Of a stretch of 64,000 bases of DNA, positions 1 through 9,654 are shown in pieces. This stretch comes from an uncultured Chlamydiae bacterium. Lineage in GTDB: Bacteria > Chlamydiota > Chlamydiia > Chlamydiales > Parachlamydiaceae. The stretch is taken from NCBI GenBank assembly GCA_963830365.1, contig CAWHMU010000031.1, positions 1 to 64,000 of the forward strand. Reading direction: 5' to 3'. The stretch's first letter is position 1, and each line of letters starts with the position of its first letter. The notes under the pieces are model-generated. The model saw nothing but the letters and a program-made list of their open reading frames with translations, did not search any database and was not told the DNA's origin. A program made the position numbers and the translations under genes.

Positions 1-1034
1 TGAAGTCGCTTGGAAATGTGAAGTTGCCTTGGGCGCGGCTGATGGTGACTTTGCGGTCCTCCAGCGGCTGGCGCAACACTTCCAGCACGGTGCGCGAGAA
101 TTCCGGCAGCTCGTCAAGGAACAGGATGCCGCCGTGGGCCAGCGAGACCTCGCCCGGACGGGGGATGGCGCCGCCGCCGATCAGTCCGGCATAACTCACG
201 GTATGGTGTGGCGAGCGGAAGGGGCGCTGAGTCACTAAGCTCACCCCATCGCCGAGCAGGCCGCTGATGGAATGGATTTTGGTGACTTTCTAAAGCCTCT
301 TCGATGGTCGATTCGGGCATGATGCCGGCTAGGGCTTTGGCGATCATGGTCTTGCCGGAGCCTGGCGGCCCGGACGGCCACGTTGTGGTTGCCGGCAGCC
401 GTGATTTCGATGGCGCGTTTGACGTGGGCCTGTCCTTTGATGTCGGCAAAATCCACCACCGGGATGGCGTGGCTGAACAGTTCACTTGAGACCTGGGCTG
501 AGGTAGGTACGATGGAGGCTGGCTGCTGCAGGAATTGAACAGCATCTTTGAGATGTTTGATGGCGATGACATCGACACCGGGCAGGGTAGCGGCTTCTTT
601 GGCATTGGCGGCGGGCAGTAAAATACCTTTTTTGCCGCTTTCTTTGGCCAGCATGGCACTGGCAAGCGCCCCCTGGATAGGGCGCAGTTCGCCGCCGAGG
701 CCCAACTCTCCAACTACCAGATAGTCGTTTTGGACACGTGTTTCGATGGCTTGCATGGCGCAAAGCAGGCCCAGGGCGATGGGAAGATCGTAAAGGGCTC
801 CTTCTTTTTTTAAATCACCGGGAGCTAAGTTGACCGTGCAAATCAGATTGGTGGCGGCATAGCCGGAATTTTTGATGGCGGTAAGGACGCGGTCTTTGGA
901 TTCTCTGACGGCATTATCGGGCAGCCGACGATAATCAGCGTGGTTTTATCGGAGCGTCCGACGTCGACTTCCACCTCGACGGGAAGGGCGTCCAAGCCAA
1001 GTAAAGCCACCGAGTGCATGCGGGAAAGTGCCAT
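1..1034 (-). CDS. comM: YifB/ComM family Mg-chelatase-like AAA+ ATPase; frameshifted, runs off the left edge
   Basis: Pieces in successive frames: [24 protein letters not shown] (843..1034), [14 protein letters not shown]...[24 protein letters not shown] (241..756) and Walker [10 protein letters not shown] (114..713 frame). Confidence 0.9.
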
Positions 1035-1148
1035 AACAAACCGTCTTTAATTTTTATTTTCAGCAGGAAAAGCAAAATATAATTATGCAGTAGTGCTAAT
1101 GGATATACATGGCTGGCAGCTTTTGGACAATGTGAATTATTAATAGCG

Positions 1149-1172
1149 AAGGCATCCCTTGCGGGATGCCTT
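1149..1172. terminator. Hairpin downstream of the SH3-domain gene, probable intrinsic terminator
   Basis: Perfect 10-bp stem aaggcatccc-ttgc-gggatgcctt, 17 nt beyond the stop at 1190. Confidence 0.6.
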
Positions 1173-1189
1173 AGGACGAGGATTTGATG

Positions 1190-2506
1190 TTACTCTAGGC
1201 CGAGTACGAAATAGGCCGGGAAGGCAAAGTTGTTGTTCGGCCGCGGCGCAGCATAGACGGTAATTTCTTGACCGACTCTGTCCTGCAGATTGACGCGTGT
1301 GCTATAGATGAAGGCGATAGGCAGATGGCTTGTTTGGTTCATCAGCACATAATCGCCGGGTTTGTTTTTGACCACACGGGCATAAGGTTCAACGATCCCT
1401 TTGAGGACGATGACTTTTTGGCTTTGCTCTTGATAGAAGTCTTCCTGGGTACCGTTAGCATTTTGATTAGCCCATGTTTCATAAAGGCTCTGTTCAACAG
1501 GCATCCAAACACTCATCTTATCGGTGATGCCGTTGTTATTGGTTTTGGGGGCTGATCCTTTACTATTGGCAGGAAAAGCGTTATTGGTTTTGTTTGCCCT
1601 TTCCTTTAGGTCCTTCAAGCTGAACCAATTTCTGTTGCTGCGTCTTCATTTGTTCAGACATCGAGAGGAGCCGCTGGCTTTGGCTTCAAGATAGGGGATT
1701 TTCTTCTGCATGTAATAAATTTTCTGTGCCGCTTGTTAGCAGATCGCGCGCGCGCGCCACTTGGTCGGGGAAGTCGGCATAGCTGCTGATGACTTTATTG
1801 TAGTTGGCATATGCGCCGCTTAAGTCGATGTCAGGAAATTCTTTTTCCATTTCCTTTGGGCGCCAAGCGCGGTGGAATTTAGCAGCAAGTTGACTTCATC
1901 GCGACGGCGTTCGATTTTTGCCATCAGTGAAGCATCGCCAATTTTTTCCACATATTCCTTAGCGACATAAAATCTAGTCGAGGATGGCGGGGAGATTTCC
2001 AGCCATTTGCTATTAAGCGTACTGACGCTGCCTTCGACATGGTCGCCGCCATTCAGCTGAGCGATGATGGGAGCGTCGACATCGGGTTCAAGGCGAACAT
2101 TGACCTTGGTGCCTTCAACGACATTATCCAGCACGAAAGTTCGGAAAATATAGGCTTTGGTACCTGCAGGCGGCTGGATGGCATAAAAATCGTCAACCTC
2201 ATCGAGCACGATGAACATATCGTCTTTATTCATTTCGCGTACGATGGGGCTGTCCAATTTGGCTTGGGCGCGGATGCGTACTTTACTTCTGGCTACCTTG
2301 CCTGTGAATGTTTTGAAGGGTTCTGCAGACGTCTGTTGGGTGGGTGGGGTGGTTTTTTGCTTTTGAAGAATGGGCTGTGGAGCCGGTGCTGGTTCTTCGG
2401 TGGCTTCATAGGCCGGAGATGGATCGTCGGACGCATCGCCGAAAACTGTTGCAAAAGGCATCAATAGGGTTAGGCTGGATAAAAAAATGACAGTGGGTTT
2501 ACGCAT
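1190..2506 (-). CDS. Chlamydial SH3-domain protein (CT017-like) with signal peptide; frameshifted
   Basis: ATG at 2506 (MRKPTVIFLSSLTLLMPF). Two bacterial SH3-like segments (KVRIRAQAKLDSPIV, KVNVRLEPDVDAPII). The C-terminus RPNNNFAFPAYFVL lies in ORF 1190..1618, with frame breaks between about 1620 and 1860. Confidence 0.75.
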
Positions 2507-2574
2507 GGTAAAAATCCTGAATAGTGGTTTTATATTAGTTCGCGATTCTAATGCGTTTTTCTGATTTATGACAA

Positions 2575-3379
2575 CTAGCTTTTTAGGACAGCTAAAATAT
2601 GTTCGCATCCTTGCTTGCCGCAGGTACATCCCACGGGATAAGCCAAGGAAAACATTGTAGGTCTCATTGGGATCCAACCGGTTGGAGACCAGATAGAATT
2701 TTTTTTCAGCCGTCTGCACAATTTCCCATGTTTGGAAGGCCAGATCTTCTTCGGAAACTTCTTCTTCATCCTTTGCCTCGCGCGCTAAGGCCGGGGCTGA
2801 GGCCGGCAGGTGGTCATCCGGCAGCTTATGGATGGCTCTGGCAATCTGGCAATGCGTGCAGTTGCAATGAGGCTCGGGCAAAGGCATGTTTTCGATGTCT
2901 TCGGGTGCGACGATGCGGGCGACTTCGGCGATTTTGTGTAAGATCTCTTTCGGCAGACTGGGCATGTTGGCTTGCGCTATATTGTGTTGCATGGCTGAAC
3001 TTATCGAATCCATCGATTCCATGCCAAAGCGCAACGTCGGTCCGCCTTCGACATTGATCAAAGGTGGGGTTCCGTCAGCGTGGGGATTGGGCGCCACTTG
3101 AAATAGATGAAAGGGAGCGGGAGATTCAGGCGCGGCGGTAGCTGAATGTGTTTGTGTCGGCGCTTGTCTTTGCTGCTGTGCTTCCAAAAAAACGGCATAG
3201 CTGCCGAAGATGGTATCGCGGATTTCGGGCGTTAGGCCGGGGATGGCGATGGTATCTCCATTTAGCAGCGAGACGATCAAGTCGGTTTCTTTAAGGTAGA
3301 GTGCACGTACCTGTACCCAACTTGTTGAGAGATGGGGAGGGATATGAAGGATGGTGGGTGTGATTTTTTCATGGGACAC
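2575..3379 (-). CDS. Conserved chlamydial protein (CT016-like) with Cys/His motifs; frameshifted near 2645
   Basis: N-terminus ILHIPPHLSTSW and central EPHCNCTHCQIAR. The SWIM-like C-terminus PVGCTCGKQGCEHILAVL is in the shifted frame 2575..2769. Divergent from phoH. Confidence 0.75.
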
Positions 3380-3442
3380 TCCTTTCGCTAAAAGCGATGT
3401 GCGGCTAATGACTTCAGCCTGTATTGCGTTCTATCTGATATG

Positions 3443-3471
3443 ATTGTACGTGAGCAAGCAGAAAATGTCAA
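3443..3471 (-). promoter_or_regulatory. Sigma70/sigma66-type promoter for the CT016/CT017-like genes
   Basis: TTGACA-N17-TACAAT on the minus strand, about 65 nt upstream of the GTG at 3379. Confidence 0.65.
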
Positions 3472-3631
3472 CTAATTAGCAGTCGATAGTTGAGAGTGCT
3501 GGTGTTTTTTTAATGTTCTGTCCCCAACCACTTACTGCTTATTTAAAAGTCCGCTTTTTCTTCTTTGCGCTTTTTTAAAAGGCATTGTAAGATCTAAAAT
3601 TTAATATGAATTCCATTTTGAGGGCTAACGC

Positions 3632-4939
3632 GTGAATAAGATAACCTACGTACTCGATACCAACGTCTTGCTGCATGATCCTGAATCGCTTACCAAATTT
3701 CCCAATCACAATGTCGTCGTACCGGTGACAGTGCTTGAAGAACTCGATAAAATGAAACGCCTGCCAAGCGATCTCGGCAGAAATTCGCGCATCGTCTTTA
3801 GGATGCTGGACTCTTTCAGTACTTTGGGTAAAGGAGACTTGCACCACGGCGTGCTGCTCGATTCCGGTTCTACCATCCGTATCCAGCTCGAAATCAAGAC
3901 CGATTATCACTATAACTTCGCTTTGTCGGTCAATGACAAAACATACCGCATTATCATGGCCGCATATTTCCTGCATGAAAAGGGCGATCAGGTCATTTTT
4001 GTCTCTAAAGATTTTGCCGCCAGAATCAAAGCTGAAGCCATCGGCCTGCGTGCGCAGGACTATCAAAACCTCAGATATTCTTACGAAGCCATCTACAAGG
4101 GCATCCGCAAAATTGAAACCAGCAAACACGATGTGGATGTCTTTTACAAAGATGGCGAGCTGGTCCTGCCCAAGCTGGATTGCCGCCCCAATGAGTACTG
4201 CATCGTCACTTCCCCCGAACACTCTTCGGCTGTCGGCAAATACGATAGCCAACGCCAAGCCATCGAGCCATTGTTGAAAACTCCCAATATCTGGGGGATC
4301 AAGCCCCGTAACGTGGAGCAGCGCTGCGCCATCGATGTGCTGTTGCGCGACGAGATCAAGCTGGTGACGCTGGTTGGACAGGCAGGTACAGGAAAAACGT
4401 TGTTGGCTTTGGCCTGCGGCATGCGCAAGGTGTTTGATGAGGGATTATACTCGCGTATCCTGGTTAGCCGTCCGGTCATCCCGCTTGGCCGCGATATCGG
4501 CTATTTGCCGGGTCTTAAAAGAGGAGAAATTGTTCAATTGGATGCAGCCGATCTATGACAACCTGGAGTTCTTATGCGACTCTTCAGGCAACGAGCCCAA
4601 TGACAAGCGCTGCGCTGGGTGATGGAGAGCAAAAAAATAGAAATGGAAGCTGTCACTTATATCCGAGGACGCTCCTTGCCGAAAATGTATATCATTATCG
4701 ATGAGGCGCAGAACCTCACCCCGCATGAAGTCAAAACCATTATTTCACGTGCCGGCGAGGGCACGAAGGTGATTTTGACCGGTGACCCGACGCAGATCGA
4801 CAATCCTTATCTGGATAAGGATTCTAACGGCTTGACATATGCCATCGGCCGTTTCTGCGATCACAAAATCTATGGCCATATCTTCTTGGAGAAGACTGAA
4901 CGCTCAGAACTGGCGGCTTTGGCGGCTGAGATCCTGTAA
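3632..4939 (+). CDS. phoH: PIN-PhoH (PhoH2-type) protein; two frameshifts (about 4515 and 4610)
   Basis: PIN motif [12 protein letters not shown], Walker A GQAGTGKT, then WMQPIYDNL (4374 frame) and YIRGRSL...IIDEAQNLT...GDPTQID (4619 frame). Confidence 0.9.
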
Positions 4940-4958
4940 AAAACGTGAAGGTAGACTG

Positions 4959-5993
4959 ATGGTTAATTCACACCTTTTCCATTTGAGCCAAATCAAGCCT
5001 CAAAATCAGCTGGCCGGAGGCTATCGCCTTGAAGCCACCAAGAGCAACTTCCCCATGCTGCAAGGGATGTCTTTTTACCGACTTCTGCTTGCGCCTCAGG
5101 GTGTAAGAGAGCCGCATTGGCATGCCAATGCGGACGAACTGGGGTATTGCCTTAAAGGGAAAGTGCTAATTTCGCTATATGCCACAGGCAACGTCAAAGA
5201 GACCTTCTTGGTCAATAAAGGCGAGGCTTTTTTCATTCCCTCTGGCGCGCTGCACGGGATCGAAAATGCAAGTCGTGCAGCCAGCGAATTGATTCTGCAG
5301 TTTTCGCATGAAGAACCCGAAGATTTCGGGCTATCATCTGTGTGTGGTATGTTTTCCGATGCCGTGTTGGGTAATACCTGGGGCGTGTCCAGCGACGTAT
5401 TCAAATCCCTGAAACGGTCGACCAAAGAGGTCTTCATCGCGCTTAATCAGCAGCCTGTGGATATTCCCAAAGATGCTGCCTACGCCTCGGCTTATCGATA
5501 TAACCTTGCTGGCGCCCCCGCCTTGATCTGCAATGCTGGCGGCATGGCAAAGGTAGCCAGACAGGACGTTTGGCCAATCTTAAAACGGCAGGCCCTCTAT
5601 TCTTTGCTATTGACCAATACCGGCATGCGGGAGCCGCATTGGCATCCTGAGACAGCCGAAATGGGCTTTGTCGACCAAGGCAAGGGACGCATGTCGATCC
5701 TGTCCCCATCGGGAAAGGTTGATACCTACGAGATGAATGTCGGCGATATCTATTTCATCCCCAAGGCCTATCCCCACCACATCGAAAATCTGACGAGTGA
5801 CCCGCTGCATTTGCTGATCTATTTTGATCAGGCCATGCCGGGTGATATCGGTTTCACCGGCAGCGTGAAGTCATATCCCGATGAGGTGCTGACCAGCATC
5901 TTCAATAGTCCTAAGGAATTCTTTGCCAAACTGCCCACCTATTACCAGGATCTATTCATCGTCGAAAGGGTAAACCCGTTGGATAAAAGCTGA
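4959..5993 (+). CDS. Bicupin, oxalate decarboxylase-like
   Basis: Two cupin domains, each with REPHWH-x4-E and a downstream His (ALHGIEN, YPHHIEN). ATG at 4959 follows the phoH stop. Confidence 0.8.
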   Translation: MVNSHLFHLSQIKPQNQLAGGYRLEATKSNFPMLQGMSFYRLLLAPQGVREPHWHANADELGYCLKGKVLISLYATGNVKETFLVNKGEAFFIPSGALHGIENASRAASELILQFSHEEPEDFGLSSVCGMFSDAVLGNTWGVSSDVFKSLKRSTKEVFIALNQQPVDIPKDAAYASAYRYNLAGAPALICNAGGMAKVARQDVWPILKRQALYSLLLTNTGMREPHWHPETAEMGFVDQGKGRMSILSPSGKVDTYEMNVGDIYFIPKAYPHHIENLTSDPLHLLIYFDQAMPGDIGFTGSVKSYPDEVLTSIFNSPKEFFAKLPTYYQDLFIVERVNPLDKS

Positions 5994-6208
5994 CTATAAA
6001 GCACGTCGTATAAGAAATTCATTCCGGAGACGCCAACAGACAATGAATAAAGTCGGGAGATCTCCGATCATTAAATGATTTTTATTAATTACTTTCGTGT
6101 TGAAATTAATGATTAACTCATTTAAAATAATTTCACTAATGTAGTTATTTATTTGTTATCGTGTCGTTGTTTAGTTTTGTTGAACGAAAAATTAACTAAG
6201 GTTTTATC

Positions 6209-6400
6209 GTGAATCGCGCACGCGCCTTGACGTTAGTGGCAGCCTTTTTGGGCCGGGTCTTTGCTGCCATTGGCGTGTTGGGCATGGGCTCTTTAGTCTA
6301 CGATTTTTCAGGCAGATATCAGGCAGGCGGGCGCGTGTTCAGCTATATTTATGCTTTCGGCATCCCGCTGATCTTTTTCTTGCGAATGAGACTTTTGTAA
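6209..6400 (+). CDS. Small hydrophobic hypothetical protein
   Basis: 63 aa with two hydrophobic segments, ending 20 nt before the MFS gene. No family recognised. Confidence 0.35.
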   Translation: MNRARALTLVAAFLGRVFAAIGVLGMGSLVYDFSGRYQAGGRVFSYIYAFGIPLIFFLRMRLL

Positions 6401-6419
6401 AAATACATTTAAAGGTGAG

Positions 6420-7665
6420 ATGACGATGGACTTTTGTAATATCACACGGGCCTGCCGCGCCACGCGCTTTATCTTTCTGGCTTTCGGCTTAAGTATTTCC
6501 AGCTGGGCCCCCATGGTGCCTTTTGCCAAGACCAGGCTGGGGCTCGACGATGCGCAACTGGGCTTGGTTTTACTGGTCTTTGGCATCGGGGCGCTTGTCA
6601 CCATGCCCTTTTCCGGCTGGCTGGTACAGCGCTACGGCAGCCGTCTGATCACCTTGCTTTCCGGACTGCTGATGATCACGGTTGTGCCCTCTGCTGGCAA
6701 TTGCCGATACGGCACTTGCGCTGAGTGCGGTCTTGTTTTTCTTCGGTGCCGGCACTGGCGCTTTGAATGTATCGATCAATGCCCAAGCCGTGGCGGTAGA
6801 AGCTAAGAGCCCGGTGGCGCTAATGTCGGGGTTTCATTGTTTGTTTAGCACCGGCGGACTGTTAGGCGCGGTGCTGGTCAGCGTTTTATTGGAGTTTAAG
6901 TTTGAATTGCTGTTTTGTGCCTTGACAATAGCTTCAATCATGGCCTTGATATTCATTTTTCAGTGGAAATATCTCCTCAATGTTATCGAAGATAGGCCCC
7001 AAATTCAGATCCAGAGCCCTACTGAAAAGCGTTTTGTCTTTCCCGATGCCACAGTGCTGCTGCTTGGCGTGATGTGCTTTATAGCCTTCATGGCAGAGGG
7101 TGCGATGCTAGACTGGAGCGCTGAATTCTTGCGTTCTGCGTTGCATTACGAGGCTGCGCTTGCCGGCATCGGTTATGCGCTATTCTCCATCGCCATGGCA
7201 GGCGGACGCCTGACAGGGGATCGGCTGATCCAGCGCTTTGGCAGTCTGGCCGTATTCCAGGTGGGGAGTTTAGTGGCTGCCGGCGGCTTTTTGGTGGTGG
7301 TCACTTCAAGCTGGGGATATGGGGAGCTGTTGGGATTTTGCTTAATCGGCATCGGTGCTGCCAATATCGTGCCCATTCTTTTCAGCACCTCCGGCCGGTT
7401 GCCAGCCACCTCGCCAAGCTATGCTCTTAGTGTCGTAACCACCGTGGGGTATTTGGGGATGCTGATCGGACCTGCCTGCATTGGTTTTATCGCTCAAGCT
7501 ACCTCGTTGTCCTTGGCCTTAGGCGGTATCGCCCTTTTGCTGGCCGCCGTCGGCTTAAAGGGCGGAGGCGTTTTGCTTGCCTCCCCTGCTATAAGCCAAT
7601 ATGCTGTAATGCCCTCGATTGAAGGTGAGGGGGAAAGGCCTTTACTTACATCCGAGGGAATTTGA
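6420..7665 (+). CDS. MFS transporter; frameshift near 6685
   Basis: About 12 hydrophobic helices over ORFs 6420..6806 and 6682..7665. Motifs GWLVQRYGSR, AEGAMLDWS, GRLTGDRLIQRFG. Confidence 0.85.
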
Positions 7666-7682
7666 GAAATCAAACGATCCGT

Positions 7683-8705
7683 TTAAAAATCAAATTTCGC
7701 CCTGACTGTTAAGCCGGAGAGAGCGAGATCTCCATGCGGCCCAGGGGGGAGGATGGCAGACTGCCACTGCCACTGATTGAAAAAGAACTGCTGTTCCCAG
7801 CCGATCAAGAATGCGGCGTGATATTGTCCACACAGCCAGGTATCCCATTTAATTCCAACGCAGCCATCGGCAATGGCTTTGGCGATCCAGTAGTTATCTT
7901 TGTTATAACTTAGCAGAAATTGTGAAGGGGAGATGTTTTCAGACACACTCAAGCTATAATAGCCCGGAATTAAAGAAAAAGCCCCATCAACACATAGCGA
8001 TAACCCATATCCGAAGCCCCATTGCGTTTCCAAGCCAGTCCTCAGACCGACGCCCCAGAAGTTGTTTTTAAAACGCAGCACATCGGGATTGCCAAAGATG
8101 GGGTTTTGCAAGCTATAATTCACATGATGGTGTTCTTGTAGCCATTCGGCTCTAAGACCGACATGCGGCTTTAGAATGAAAAAATCGCAAAAGGAAAATT
8201 CTTTGCTGAGCTGTAAATCGATGAAGTCAAGATTCAGTTTGAAATGTGAAGAAGCGGCTTCAAGGAACTGGTTTAAAACAGGTGAAGCCAGGATTTCCTG
8301 CAACGTGCCACCGGCAGGAACAGTTAAATTCCCTTTGGCATCGGCATTAAAGTGTGTCCAAGCCAGTGACAGGTTAGCACCATTATACGGCAGATTTTTG
8401 CCAACGCCCAAGCGGAACCCGCAATCCCAATCAAAATGGGGTGCTTTATCGGCGCCGACATTTATGCGATTGTCCGTGCTTCTAAAGGCATATTCAAGCC
8501 CGGCTTGATGGGCCTTCCAACAAAGCAAGTCAGCAAAAATATCAACGGCACATTCACTTTCACAGCCGGCTGCCGGTAGCTGTTCATATTCGCTGCCATA
8601 TTGATTGGGAGCCACCTCATAGCCGTTATAGTCATAGTCTGTAGCGGCGATAACCGAAGAAAAAGCCAGGGCGGATAAAACGGCGCTCTTTAGAAAAATC
8701 TTCAT
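7683..8705 (-). CDS. Lpg1974/MOMP-like outer-membrane pore-forming protein
   Basis: Signal peptide, WKAHQAGLEYA, WDCGFRLGVG, FWGVGLRTG, GWEQQFFFNQ and terminal GDLALSGLTVRAKFDF with C-terminal Phe. Confidence 0.8.
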   Translation of the reverse strand: MKIFLKSAVLSALAFSSVIAATDYDYNGYEVAPNQYGSEYEQLPAAGCESECAVDIFADLLCWKAHQAGLEYAFRSTDNRINVGADKAPHFDWDCGFRLGVGKNLPYNGANLSLAWTHFNADAKGNLTVPAGGTLQEILASPVLNQFLEAASSHFKLNLDFIDLQLSKEFSFCDFFILKPHVGLRAEWLQEHHHVNYSLQNPIFGNPDVLRFKNNFWGVGLRTGLETQWGFGYGLSLCVDGAFSLIPGYYSLSVSENISPSQFLLSYNKDNYWIAKAIADGCVGIKWDTWLCGQYHAAFLIGWEQQFFFNQWQWQSAILPPGPHGDLALSGLTVRAKFDF

Positions 8706-8908
8706 GATCAGCTCCTTAAAATAAAGCGTATGTGTAAAAATCTATTTAGCATCATGCTCCCAATTATTCTCTAACATAAAATGGTTCATCCGAAAAATGA
8801 GGACCTCGACTCGTAGAGATAATAAAGCTGGTTTAAAATATTCCATATTCAAGAAGTCGTATACTTGTCTTTTCGACGAAGGTTTGCAAGTAGGCTAAAA
8901 GGTGCACT

Positions 8909-9133
8909 TACCGCGGCAGCGGTCAACAGATTTCAGCCCCGCGTGCAGGTGCTTCCTGCGCCGGAACGTGGGGTTCGCATAAATTTAAAAGGCAACCGCG
9001 GCAGCGGTGTAAGAGGCCTACAAAGCTCTTACACCGCTGCCGCGGTTTTGATATTATGTGTATTCTGACCCCACGTTCCGGCGCAGGAAGCGCCTGCACG
9101 CGGGGCTGAAATCTGCTGACCGCTGCCGCGGTA
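8909..9133. repeat. Nested REP/REPIN-like palindromic element
   Basis: Outer inverted arms about 8909-8974 and 9068-9133; inner arms 8994-9015 and 9026-9047. The motif accgcggcagcggt occurs four times, two per orientation. Confidence 0.8.
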
Positions 9134-9654
9134 TAGGCACTATCCAACATCTTAATTTGAGCTACCTAAGTACCTTTGCAATTATCTCAAACGGGGATTG
9201 TAGAAGCTTTACTCAAGATCTCAAGCAGTTCATAAAGTTCTGATAATGAAGGTTCATAAAAATCTGAAGACTTAATACTTTTACCTGCTAAAGGTCCTCA
9301 TTTGTCGGATGAACCTTAATAAACCTCATTGTGAATATATTTCAAAGTTTTTTTGTTGGCGGAGCTTATCTCTTTGTAGCCCATGGCTAAGGCATGCGAG
9401 CGCTATAGTCCATATGTTGTCCATATTATCCGTGATTTGATTCTATTTCGACATTTTTGCACAGCAGAGTGTATGCCAAGTGGAATACAGAGGGTCTTCG
9501 ACCTTTTGGCAAGGGTAGGGCACGGTGTCCTTCTGAATTTTTTGGTGGGAAATTTTTGGCATTCCCAATAGGATGGCTGCAAAAGTTTTAAAGCTAGCAG
9601 ATAGCCGGTCGAAGTGCTGACGAAAAATACTGATAACAAATATAGAAATTAACG

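Noticed and set aside
1820..3379. 519-aa ORF as a novel fusion protein
   Set aside because: A frameshift near 2645 joins the CT016-like and SH3 genes. The true Cys-rich C-terminus is in another frame, and an internal signal peptide starts at 2506.
3575..4258. Long antisense ORFs (also inside aceA, aconitase, mdh and lpdA)
   Set aside because: Shadows of well-supported genes with no motifs of their own.
8865..9243. Short ORFs on both strands with similar peptides
   Set aside because: They result from translating the palindrome.
9150..9650. Possible RNA gene or small gene in long intergenic gaps (also 37780-38020 and 44250-44600)
   Set aside because: I could not recognise a tRNA, riboswitch or convincing ORF by eye; an Rfam/Infernal scan would be needed.
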